Assembly (NCBI GenBank): GCA_963813335.1
Contig: CAWEYL010000001.1
Location: 1,202,281-1,266,280 of the forward strand
Direction of reading: 5' to 3'
Length of the DNA: 64,000 bases
From: an uncultured Chloroflexia bacterium
GTDB lineage: Bacteria > Chloroflexota > Limnocylindria > Limnocylindrales > CSP1-4
Shown here: in pieces, positions 51,566 to 61,919 of the stretch
How the letters are laid out: every line of letters starts with the position of its first letter
How positions within the stretch are numbered: the stretch's first letter is position 1
Program-made: the position numbers and the translations under genes
The notes under the pieces: generated by a model
Told to the model about the DNA's origin: nothing
Databases searched by the model: none
The model's input: the letters and a program-made list of their open reading frames with translations, nothing else

Positions 51566-54500
51566 ATGCCCGGACGTAGCCGGTCCACCGCGTCCCCGTT
51601 CCTGGTGCTCTGCCAGGTCGTCGCGGTCGTCTCATGGCTGATCACCCCCAGCGCCGGGCTGGCCGCGAACTCGGGCAACCTGCCCGCCGCGGCGCAGTCC
51701 GCGTCAGCGACGGCGGAACCCACCGCCGAACCGTCAGTCGAACCGAGCGCCGAACCCACCGCTGCGCCCACGGCCGAGTCCACGCCGGAACCGACCGCCG
51801 AGCCCACGCCCGAGCCCACCTCCGAGCCGACCGCAGAGCCCACCTCCGAGCCCTCGGTCGAGCCCTCCGTCGAACCTAGCGCCGAGCCCACCGCCGAGCC
51901 GATCCCCGCGGCCACGCCGGTGCCCGCCATCGACACCTTCATCGTGGCCTTCGCCCCGGGCACCTCGGCCAGTGCCCAGGCCGCCAGCCTGGCCGCCGCC
52001 GGCGCCATTGCGGTCGACTCGATCCCGGTCCTGCGGATGCAGGTCATCGAGGCCGCTCGCGGCTCCGACACGGTCGCCACGCTCCGCGCCGACGGCAACG
52101 TCACGCGCGTCGAAGCGGACCACGTCCGCGCCGCCGAGGCGACCCCCAACGACACCCGCTACGACGACCAGTGGTCGCTGGCCACGCATCGGCTGGGACC
52201 AGGTCTACGGCGCCGTGCACCCGTCGGGGTCGGCGGTCGTCGCGGTCCTCGACACCGGCGTCGACGGCGCCACGCCCGACCTCGCCGGCCAGCTCGTGGC
52301 CGGCACCAGCATCCTCGACGGCTCGGACGGCCGGAGCGACCCCAACGGCCACGGCACCGCGATGGCCGGGATCATCGCCGCTGCGACCGGCAACGGCACG
52401 GGCATCGCCGGCATCGGCTTCGACGGCGTGCGGGTCATGCCGGTCACCGTCCTCGGGGCGGACGGCCTGGGCCAGGACAGCGACATCATCGCGGGCATCG
52501 TCTGGGCCGTCGACCACGGCGCCGACGTCATCAACATGTCCTTCAGCAACCCGGGCTTCTCGACCGGCCTGCAGGCCGCCATCGACTACGCCTGGGCGAA
52601 CGACGTCGTGGTCGTCGCGGCGGCCGGCAACGACGGCTCGCAGACGGCCACCTTCCCGGCCGGCGACCGCGGGGTCGTCGGCGTAGCCAACACGGACCGC
52701 TTCGACACGCTGGACCCGTCGTCGAACGCCGGCGACAGCGTGTTCCTGGCCGCCCCCGGGACCGACATCACGACGCTGCTCCCGGGCGGCGGCTCCACCA
52801 GCGTCAGCGGCACGTCGGCGTCGGCGGCCGAGGTCGCGGCCGCGGCGGCCCTGCTGCGCGCCATCGACCCGGCTGCCTCCAACGGCGTGATCGTGTCCCG
52901 CCTGGCGCGGACCGCCGACGCGGTCGGCTCGGTGGCCCAGACCGGCAACGGCCGGCTCAACCTGGCCCGCGCCGCGGCCGACACCGGCACCGACTTCGTC
53001 CAGCCGGTCGGGGCCACCCCGATCGGCAGCGGTGGGCCGTTCGTGGGTCCGTATTCGATCGCGTCCGCCACCGTGAATGGAACGACCACGCTGAACGGCT
53101 CGACGACACCCATCACGGTCGCTCCGGGTGCCTCGATCACCCTCGTGATGCGGGTGACCACGACAGGCATCGGGACCGCCAACGACTGGAACTCGTCGCG
53201 CTGGGCCTTGGCCACCGCGGCACCCGCAGTAGCGGCCATGACCTGCGTCGACCACGCGAATCACGATGGTCCGGGCACCTTCTCCGAGACCATCACCGTC
53301 ACAGCACCGGCAGCGGCCGGGGTCTACAACCTGTACCTGTACGCCTACAACGGCGATGCCTGCGGCGCCGGCCGGAGCGCCCGGTTCACGCGCGCTCGTG
53401 CGCTCGACAACGTCCCCCCGACCGTCACCATCAACCAGGCCGTGGGGCAGGCCGACCCGACCAACGGGGCGACGATCAACTTCAGGGTCGTGTTCAGCGA
53501 GGCGGTCACCGGCTTCGCCACCGGGGACGTGTCGTTCGCCGGCAGCACGGCCGGCGGCGCCCTCGTCGGCACGGTCACCGGCGGCCCGACCACCTACAAC
53601 GTGGCGGTCACCGGGATGACCAGCTCGGGCACCGTCGTGGCCACCATCCCGGCCGCCCGCGCGGTCGACCTCGCTGGCAACGCCAACCTCGCCTCGACCT
53701 CGGCGGACCACACGGTCACCTGGGACGACGTCGCCCCGACGGTGACCATCGATCTCCGGGCGGCCTCGGACACCGGGGTCTCGAACGGGGACGACATCAC
53801 TCGTGCCGCGAGCCTCGTCTTCGACGTGTCCTCCAGCGAGACCGTCGCGGGGTTGGCTGCGAACGACTTCTCGAATGTCGGGACCGCAACCGGTTGCGTG
53901 GTGGGCGCCCCGGCTGGCTCGGGTTCGGCCCACAGGGTGACACTGACCACCTGCTCCCAGGGGACCGTGATCCTGCGGCTCCGGGCGGCCGCGGTCACCG
54001 ACGTCGCGGGCAACGCCAATGCGCTCACCGTCGGGCCGACTGTCACCGTCGATCGGACTTCCCCGACGGTGACCATCGACCAGGCCGCCGCGCAGGCTGA
54101 CCCGACCAACGCGAGCCCGATCGACTTCACGGTCGTGTTCAGCGAGCCGGTCAGCGGCTTCGCCACCGGAGACGTGACTGTCGGCGGTTCGTCGGGCGGG
54201 GTCAAGACCGGCACGGTCACCGGCGGCCCGACCACCTACAACGTGGCGGTCACGGGGATGACCACCTCGGGCACGGTCGTGGCCACCATCGCGGCGGCCC
54301 GGGCGACCGACCTCGCCGGCAACAACAACACCGCCTCGAGCTCCACGGACAACAGGGTGACCTGGGATGTCGTCCCCCCGACCGTCACCATCAACCAGGC
54401 CGTGGGGCAGGCCGACCCGACCAACGGGGCGACGATCAACTTCAGGGTCGTGTTCAGCGAGGCGGTCACCGGCTTCGCCACCGGGGACGTGTCGTTCGCC

Positions 54501-56915
54501 GGCAGCACGGCCGGCGGCGCCCTCGTCGGCACGGTCACCGGCGGCCCGACCACCTACAACGTGGCGGTCACCGGGATGACCAGCTCGGGCACCGTCGTGG
54601 CCACCCTCGGTGCCGGGGTCGCCATCGACCTCGCTGGCAACGCCAACCTCGCCTCGACCTCCGCGGACCACACGGTCACCTGGGATCGGGCGACACACCT
54701 GGCCTTCCAGCAGCAGCCGACCGACACGGTCTACGGGAGTGGGATCAGTCCGACCGTGACGGTCGCCATCCTCGATGACAACGGCCTGGTCGTCTCCGAG
54801 CGCGCTGGGTCGATCACGTTGAGCCCGGCGCCAGCGGGCGCGTTGCAGGTCGAACCTGTGACCGTCGTGGTGGTCAACGGCGTGGCGACGTTCACCGGGC
54901 TGATCGCTGACCAGGTCGGCACCTTCACGCTGGACGCGACCAGCGCCGGCCTCGTCGGCACCACGAGTGCATCGTTCGACGTGACTCCGGCGGCCCTGGT
55001 CGTGACCGCGGACGACCGGACCAAGACGTACGGCCAGGCAGTCGTGTTCGCCGGGACCGAGTTCACCGCCAGCGGGCTGCTGAACGGCGACACCGTGACC
55101 AGCGTGACCCTGGCCTCGCCCGGCGCGGCCGCGGCCGCCACCGTGGCCGGCAGCCCGTATGCCATCACCCCGTCCGCAGCCGTCGGCAGCGGCCTGGGCA
55201 ACTACGCCATCACCTACGTCGACGGCGAGCTCGACGTGACTCCGGCGGCCCTGGTCGTGACCGCGGACGACCGGACCAAGACGTACGGCCAGGCAGTCGT
55301 GTTCGCCGGGACCGAGTTCACCGTGAGCGGGCTGCTTGGGACCGACACGGTCACGGGCGTGACCCTGGCCTCGCCCGGCGCGGCCGCGGCCGCCACCGTG
55401 GCCGGCAGCCCGTATGCCATCACCCCGTCAGCAGCCGTCGGGAGCGGCATGGGCAACTACGCGATCACCTATGTGGACGGCGCCCTGACGGTGATGCCGG
55501 CGACGGCGGTCATCGCCGTGACCGGCTACACGGTCGTCTACGACGGGCTCCCCCATGCCGCCACGGGCACCGCCACCGGCGTCTTCGGCGAGGACCTCTC
55601 GGCCGGCCTCGACGTGTCGGCCACGACGCACACCGCGGTCGGGGCCTCGACCGACCCGTGGACGTTCAGCGACCCGGCGGGCAACTACGCGCCCGCTGCC
55701 GGCACGGTCGACACCGAGATCACTCCGGCGGCCCTGGTCGTGACCGCGGACGACCGGACCAAGACGTACGGCCAGGCAGTCGTGTTCGCCGGGACCGAGT
55801 TCACCGTGAGCGGGCTGCTTGGGACCGACACGGTCACGGGCGTGACCCTGGCCTCGCCCGGCGCGGCCGCGGCCGCCACCGTGGCCGGCAGCCCGTATGC
55901 CATCACCCCGTCCGCAGCCGTCGGCAGCGGCCTGGGCAACTACGCGATCACCTACGTCGACGGCGCCCTGACGGTCGACCCCGCCCCCCTGACGATCACG
56001 GCGGACGACCAGTCGAAGTCGTCCGGGCTGCCCTTCACCTTCAACGGGATCGAGTTCTCCGTCGCCGGGCTCGCCGGCGGCGATAGCGTGGTCTCGGCGA
56101 CGCTGACGAGCCTTGGCGCCGCGGCCGCTGCCGCACCAGGCACCTACCCGATCGACATCTCGGCGGCGACCGGGGCGGGCCTCGCGAATTACACCATCAC
56201 GTATATCCAAGGCACCTTCACGGTCGGGAACACCACTCCGGCCATCGGGGACGCAACGACCACCACGACGGCGACCACCGCCGTGGATGGCTCGGTCTCC
56301 GTCACCGACCCGGATCCAGGCCAGACCGTGACCCTGACGATCACGGTCGCTCCGACCCACGGGACCGCGACGGTCGCCGCCGATGGATCTTTCACCTACA
56401 CACCGACCGGCACGTACACGGGCGACGACACCTTCACGATCCAGGGCTGCGACGACTTCGCGCCGCCCGCCTGTGACACGGGCACGGTGACGATCTCGGT
56501 CTATCCGGTCGCCGTTCCCGACACCGGGCTGACGAGCGACGGCAAGACGGTGGAGGTCGACGTCCAGGCGAACGACATCGGCGACGCAGGCGATCCCGAG
56601 ATCGTCTCCGGACCGGCGCACGGGACGGCGACGATCGGGTCGATCATCTATACCCCGAACGCCGGCTTCAGCGGGACGGACCAGGTCGTGTACCAGATCT
56701 GCAGCCCGAACGAACCCACATTGTGCGACCAGGCGACGCTGACGATCACCGTCACCGCCCCCATGCCCGCGACCGACGCCGATCCGGTGCTGCAGACCCC
56801 GCTCGGTCCGGTCCCATCACGGCTGTTCGGGCTGGCGATGATCATCGTCGTCACGACGATGGCGGGCATCGGCGCCCTGGCATCCACGGCCCGCCGCCGC
56901 CGTCCGGGCGATTGA
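51566..56915 (+). CDS. secreted, cell-wall anchored S8 subtilase with Ig-like, MBG-like and cadherin-like repeats; +1 frameshift near 52180
   Basis: Signal peptide, AEPT linker, propeptide; triad VLDTGV, NGHGTAMAG, SGTSASA; C-terminal MPATD, TM helix and RRRR. Confidence 0.88.
53411..54685 (+). repeat. near-identical ~315-bp direct repeats (53411-53725, 54371-54685) encoding Ig-like domains
   Basis: Same nucleotide sequence at 960-bp offset; a diverged copy lies at ~54060-54365. Confidence 0.9.
54981..55975 (+). repeat. three ~255-bp repeats encoding MBG-like domains
   Basis: TPAALVVTADDRTKTYGQAVVFAGTEFT repeated at ~54981, ~55236 and ~55720. Confidence 0.9.
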
Positions 56916-56974
56916 GGACGACCGGCCCCGGACCTGCCGCCGAGCGGCATGCGGTATCATCGCCGCCGCTCCAC

Positions 56975-57049
56975 TGGCGAGTGGCCAAGCGGTAAGGCGC
57001 CTGACTCTGGATCAGGAGATCGAAGGTTCGAATCCTTCCTCGCCAGCCA
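56975..57049 (+). tRNA. tRNA-Gln (anticodon CTG)
   Basis: Acceptor tggcgag/ctcgcca, anticodon arm cctga-ctCTGga-tcagg, GTTCGAATC T-loop, encoded CCA; TATCAT -10 upstream. Confidence 0.97.
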
Positions 57050-57216
57050 GCTGCCCCACGGGTAGCGATCCATGGAACACCCCACACCACATCTGGTGGT
57101 TTCGTGCGGCAAGAGCAAGGGCATGGACTCCAAGAAGGAGCCACGCGATGCCGCGACGTTCACCTGATTCGCCGGATCGCCATCCTTCGATAGCGTGCGA
57201 TCTCTGACCGGACGTT

Positions 57217-58155
57217 TCACCCGGCCCCGTCGGCGAGGAGTGCCAATACCCGCTGGGTGACCTTCTGTTTCATCTCGACCAGGGATTCCTCGCTGTAGAA
57301 CGCGGCGTGTGGCGTCAGGACCACGTTCGGGAGCCCGATCAATGGGTCGTCTGCCGGGATCGGCTCGTGCTCGAGCACGTCGAGGGCCGCCCCCGCCAGA
57401 CGACCTGACCGCAGGGCGTCGACGAGGGCATCGTGGTCGACCAGGCCGCCTCGGCTGGTGTTGACCAGGATGGCCGTGGGACGCATCAGCGCCAGCGTTC
57501 GCGCGTCGATGAGATGGCGGGTCGAGGCGTGGAGCGGAGCATGGATGCTGACGATGTCGCTCGTCGCAAGCAGGTCGTCGAGTTCGACGACCTCCACATC
57601 CGAGGCGCGTGGTCCCAGCGGATCCGAGCCGACCACCGTGTAGCCGAGCGCCCGCGCACGCCGTGCGAACGCCGAGCCGATCCGACCGAGCCCGACCACG
57701 CCCACCTGCTGACTCGATGGGCGGCGAACGCGCCCCGCCAGGCGGAAGTCCCAGATGCCGGCCTGGACACCTCGGTCGAGCGGAACGATCCCACGGGTCA
57801 GGGCCAGGATCAGTCCCAGGGCATGGTCGGCGACCTCGTCCGTGCAGTAGTCCGGCACGTTGACGACCCGGATGTCCAGCGACGCGGCGGTCTCGAGGTC
57901 GATCGTATCGAGTCCGACACCGTACCGGCCCACGACCCGACAGGCCGGCAGGGCGCGCAACACCTCCCCGGTGATGGGTGCGTATTGGACGATCAGCCCG
58001 GCCGCCGCGCTGGTCGTGCCCGCGGCGATGACGTCGGCCGCGGTGCGGCATTCGGCAACCTCGAGCCCGAACCCGGCTGCCTCGACCATGGCCCGTTCGA
58101 TCTCGGTCGATGGATGGTCGCAATCGGTGATGAGGATCGTGCCCGCCGCTGTCAT
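57217..58155 (-). CDS. D-isomer specific 2-hydroxyacid dehydrogenase (CtBP-like)
   Basis: RYGVGLD, GLGRIG, NTSRG, LDVLEHEP, TPHAAFYS. Confidence 0.9.
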   Translation of the reverse strand: MTAAGTILITDCDHPSTEIERAMVEAAGFGLEVAECRTAADVIAAGTTSAAAGLIVQYAPITGEVLRALPACRVVGRYGVGLDTIDLETAASLDIRVVNVPDYCTDEVADHALGLILALTRGIVPLDRGVQAGIWDFRLAGRVRRPSSQQVGVVGLGRIGSAFARRARALGYTVVGSDPLGPRASDVEVVELDDLLATSDIVSIHAPLHASTRHLIDARTLALMRPTAILVNTSRGGLVDHDALVDALRSGRLAGAALDVLEHEPIPADDPLIGLPNVVLTPHAAFYSEESLVEMKQKVTQRVLALLADGAG

Positions 58156-59180
58156 CGCCCGGCGCCGGTCGTCGGGTCGAGGAGCGCCTTGATGACCGTC
58201 CGCTCGCGGACAGCCTCGAACGCGGCCTCCCAGTCGCCGAGCGGGAAGACGGTGCTCATGCCTTCGAGCTGCGGGGTTCGCTCGAGGATGGTGATCGCCG
58301 GCGCCCACGCCGTGCCGTTCGAGCTCATCGAGAAGGTCGCATCGACGGCCCGCGAGACGGCCAGATCCCATGGCACCCTGACGACCGGCTGGCCGCTCAT
58401 CCCCACCGCCGCGAACCTACCTCGGCGCCGAACCGCTCTGAGCGCAAGGTCGATCGCCTCGGTGGTTCCGGTCGCGTCGATGACCAGGTCTGCCCCGCGG
58501 CCGGCGGTCTGGTCCTGGATGAGCTCGACCGCCGAGTCGTCCAGGACCGTCAGCGCTCCGACGGTCCCTGCGAACCGGAGGCGGTCCGAATCCCGCCGGC
58601 CGGCCACGACGACGGTCGCGGCACCCATCGCGAGCGCACCGGCCGCGAGCAGGATGCCGACCGGCCCGGGGCCCACGATAAGGACGACGTCGCCGGCCTC
58701 GACGCCGGTCCGCGCGAGGGCGGTGACCGAAACGGCCATCGGCTCGGCCAGGGCCGCGACTCGGTCGGGCAACCCGGCCGGGACACGGTGGAGGAGATGC
58801 ACCGGCATCGTCAGCCGGTCGGCGAATGCGCCGTCGATCCCCCAGCCGGGCGAACGCTTGCTGGCACACAGCTCCGCGAAGCCACGGCGGCACAGGTGGC
58901 AGGTGCCGCAGGCCAGGGAGTGCGGTTCGCTGACGACTCGTGCTCCAAGCCAGGCCTGATCGACGCCGCCACCGAGCTCGACCACGGTCCCCGTGAACTC
59001 GTGGCCGAGGGTGACCGGCGGCCAGTACGGGAACTCGTCCTGGACGATGTGCAGATCGGTCCCGCAGATCCCAGCGTACCGGACGGCGATCTTCACCCAG
59101 CCCGCCACTGCCTCGGGTTCCGGCCGTTCCTGTAACGCGAGGTGGCCGACACCGCGGGTCGTCTTGACCAGGGCGCGCAT
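58152..59180 (-). CDS. zinc-binding alcohol/polyol dehydrogenase
   Basis: GICGTD, GHE, CxxCxxCx7C, GPGPVG. Confidence 0.9.
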   Translation of the reverse strand: MRALVKTTRGVGHLALQERPEPEAVAGWVKIAVRYAGICGTDLHIVQDEFPYWPPVTLGHEFTGTVVELGGGVDQAWLGARVVSEPHSLACGTCHLCRRGFAELCASKRSPGWGIDGAFADRLTMPVHLLHRVPAGLPDRVAALAEPMAVSVTALARTGVEAGDVVLIVGPGPVGILLAAGALAMGAATVVVAGRRDSDRLRFAGTVGALTVLDDSAVELIQDQTAGRGADLVIDATGTTEAIDLALRAVRRRGRFAAVGMSGQPVVRVPWDLAVSRAVDATFSMSSNGTAWAPAITILERTPQLEGMSTVFPLGDWEAAFEAVRERTVIKALLDPTTGAGR

Positions 59181-60181
59181 CAGTGCCCACCCGTCGCAAC
59201 GAGGTACTTGACTCCTTCGCCCGCGCGCAACCGCGCGAACGCCGCCGGCGCCTCATCGAGCCCAACGACTTCGCTGATCAGCGGTCTGAACGCCGCCGGG
59301 TCGTCCGCCAGCATCCGGAGTGCGGCGTCGATGTCGGCCGGCTGGTAGACCCGATTGCCGAGCACGGTCAGTTCCTTGAACAGGATGGCCTGGAGGTCGA
59401 GCTCGACGGGCCGCGCGTAGGTGCCGACGAGGCCGATGCGCCCGGCCGGCCGGACGAGCCGAGGCAAGAGTGCGGCGACGGCTGGCACCGCGGCAGCGTC
59501 GAACGCGACGTCAGCCAGGCGGCCCGACGTGTGCCGCTCGAGGTCGCCGAACGGATCCACCGTGTCAAGCGTGTCGAAACCGAGCGACTCGGCGAACGTC
59601 CGCCGGGCCGGGGCAGTCTCGCCGATGAGGATCGTGGCCGCCCCGACGTGTCGCGCTGCGAACGCCAGCAGGAGCCCGATCGGTCCTGCGCCCATGATCA
59701 CGATCGTGTCGCCGACCCCGACGTGTGCGCGACGGGTTGCGTGGACGGCGACCCCCAGCGGCTCTGCCAGGGCGGCCACCACCGGATCGAGTCCGGCCGG
59801 CACCGCGTGCACCCGCTCCGAGTCCACGACGACCCGCCCACTCAGCCCGCCATCCCGATCGATGCCGATCAGGCGCAGGTTGGCGCATACGTGTCGCTCG
59901 CCAAGGCGGCAGGCCGAGCAGTCGCCGCAGGCGATGAGCGGATCGACCACGACCGCCCGCCCTGCCAGATGCCCCGCCGTCGCTCGACCGACCAGTTCAT
60001 GTCCGAGGACGAGCGGGAAACGAGCCCGGGGATGGGAGCCTTCGACGATGTGCAGGTCGGTCCCACACAGGCCCACCAGATCGACGTCGATGGCGACTGC
60101 GTCGCCGGTAGGCTCCGCCGGCGGTCGCTGTTCCACGATGAAGCTGTCGACGCCGGTGAGCACGAGGGCCGGCCGGTTCAT
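59180..60181 (-). CDS. zinc-binding alcohol/sugar-acid dehydrogenase
   Basis: GLCGTD, GHE, CGDCSAC..C, GAGPIG. Confidence 0.9.
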   Translation of the reverse strand: MNRPALVLTGVDSFIVEQRPPAEPTGDAVAIDVDLVGLCGTDLHIVEGSHPRARFPLVLGHELVGRATAGHLAGRAVVVDPLIACGDCSACRLGERHVCANLRLIGIDRDGGLSGRVVVDSERVHAVPAGLDPVVAALAEPLGVAVHATRRAHVGVGDTIVIMGAGPIGLLLAFAARHVGAATILIGETAPARRTFAESLGFDTLDTVDPFGDLERHTSGRLADVAFDAAAVPAVAALLPRLVRPAGRIGLVGTYARPVELDLQAILFKELTVLGNRVYQPADIDAALRMLADDPAAFRPLISEVVGLDEAPAAFARLRAGEGVKYLVATGGH

Positions 60182-61275
60182 CGGCGGACTCGGGCGCCGG
60201 CACCTGCCATGAGCGCCTCGACCTCGGCTTGCGTCGCCATCGACGTGTCGCCCGGGGTCGTCATCGCCAGGGCGCCGTGCGCGGCTCCGTATTCGACGGC
60301 GACCTGCGGCGGATGGCCGGCGAGCCAGCCGTGGATGAGGCCCGATGCGAATGAGTCTCCACCGCCGATGCGATCGAGGATATCGAGGTCGCGCCGGGTG
60401 GTCGCTGGGTAGACGACCCCATCCGACCAGAGCAGGGCACCCCAGTCGTTGCGATTGGCCGTCCGGGCGACCCGAAGGGTGACCGCGATCGCCTTCAGGT
60501 TCGGGAAACGCGTCGCGGCGACCGCGAGCATCGCCGCGTAGGCCTCCGAATCGAGCTGGTCGAACGACCCGTCCGTGCCGGAGACGTCGAGGCCGAGTGC
60601 GGCGACGAAGTCCTCCTCGTTGCCGATGAGCACATCGACCGATGCGACGATCGCGGCAAGGACCCGCTGGGCGGCGGGACCACCGCCTCGGCCGCGCCAC
60701 AACGAGTCGCGGTAGTTGAGGTCGAATGAGACGACCGTGCCGTGCCGGTGCGCCGCCTCGATCGCCGCCGCGATCACGCCCGGGGTGGTGTCCGAAAGTG
60801 CCGCGAAGATCCCGCCCGTATGGAACCAGCGCGCGCCTTCAGCGCCGAAGATCGCCTCCCAATCCACGTCCTCGGCGGTCAGCTGGGACGCCGCCGTGTT
60901 GGCCCGGTCCGAGCTTCCGACCGCCGCGCGCACGCCAAAGCCGCGCTCCGTGAAGTTCAGGCCGTTGCGGACCGTGCGGCCCATCCCGTCGTACGGGACC
61001 CAGCGGATGTGCGAGCGATCCACGCCGCCCTGTCGGATGAGGTCTTCGATCAACCGGCCGACCGGGTTGTCTGCGAAGGCCGTCACGATGGTGGTCGACG
61101 AGCCGAAGCAGCGACTCAGGCCACGGGCGACGTTGTATTCGCCGCCGCCTTCCCACGCCCTGAACTGACGGGCGCTCTGGATCCGCTCGTCACCCGGATC
61201 CAGGCGCAGCATCACTTCGCCCAATGCCACCAGGTCCCAACGCGTGTCCGACGGCGGACGCACTGTCAATGCCAT
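60178..61275 (-). CDS. kdgK: 2-keto-3-deoxygluconate kinase (PfkB family)
   Basis: GGGEYNVA, DLNYR, NEED, DRIGGGDSF. Confidence 0.88.
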   Translation of the reverse strand: MALTVRPPSDTRWDLVALGEVMLRLDPGDERIQSARQFRAWEGGGEYNVARGLSRCFGSSTTIVTAFADNPVGRLIEDLIRQGGVDRSHIRWVPYDGMGRTVRNGLNFTERGFGVRAAVGSSDRANTAASQLTAEDVDWEAIFGAEGARWFHTGGIFAALSDTTPGVIAAAIEAAHRHGTVVSFDLNYRDSLWRGRGGGPAAQRVLAAIVASVDVLIGNEEDFVAALGLDVSGTDGSFDQLDSEAYAAMLAVAATRFPNLKAIAVTLRVARTANRNDWGALLWSDGVVYPATTRRDLDILDRIGGGDSFASGLIHGWLAGHPPQVAVEYGAAHGALAMTTPGDTSMATQAEVEALMAGAGARVRR

Positions 61276-61919
61276 CAGGGCGCCGGAGGGCGCACGGTCC
61301 GGACGACCTCACTCGCCTCGTGGGCCAGCCGACCGACCGCAGGCCAGTCTCGTTCGAGAAGCAGCCCCGGACGGACCATCCAGCTGCCACCCACCGCCAG
61401 GACCGATGGCACCCCGAGATACGCTGCCAGGTCCGCTGCCTCGATCCCGCCGGTCGGCACGAAACGCAGCCCCGGGAACGGGCCGCCCAACGTGCGCAGA
61501 TATGCCGGCCCGCCTGCCGATGAGGCGGGGAAGAGCTTCACGACAGACAGGCCGAGGTCCATCGCCTGGATCACCTCCGTGGGCGTGAAGACTCCGGGCA
61601 GGACCGGTGTGCCTCCAGCCTGACACGCCCGGACCACGTCTACCTGCAGACCGGGGCTCACGATGAACTCCGCGCCTGCCGCGAGGGCCTCGTCGAGCTG
61701 GGCCCGCGAGATGACGGTTCCCGCCCCGACCAGCACGTCGGGAACCTCGGTCCGGATCGCGCGGATCGATTCCGCGGCGGCGGCGGAACGGAAGGTGATC
61801 TCGATGCACGCCAGGCCGGCGTCCCGTAGCGCGCGGGCCAGCGCCGGCGCATCCTCCGCCCGCTCGATCCGGACGACCGGGACCACTCCGCTGGCGGCGA
61901 TCCGCTCGAGGACGTTCAA
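61275..61919 (-). CDS. eda: KHG/KDPG aldolase
   Basis: EITFR, GAGTV, FIVSPG, TPTE, KLFPA, PTGG; TTG start overlapping the upstream TGA. Confidence 0.93.
   Translation of the reverse strand: MNVLERIAASGVVPVVRIERAEDAPALARALRDAGLACIEITFRSAAAAESIRAIRTEVPDVLVGAGTVISRAQLDEALAAGAEFIVSPGLQVDVVRACQAGGTPVLPGVFTPTEVIQAMDLGLSVVKLFPASSAGGPAYLRTLGGPFPGLRFVPTGGIEAADLAAYLGVPSVLAVGGSWMVRPGLLLERDWPAVGRLAHEASEVVRTVRPPAP

Noticed and set aside
48929-51900. Short tandem repeats (PT, TKPT, AEPT; also PAPT at ~23033) as CRISPR or VNTR elements
   Set aside because: They are in-frame Pro/Thr linkers within CDS, with no unique spacers and no cas genes.
57050-57216. Prophage or integrative element at tRNA-Gln
   Set aside because: No integrase, transposase, phage gene or att duplication is visible within the window.
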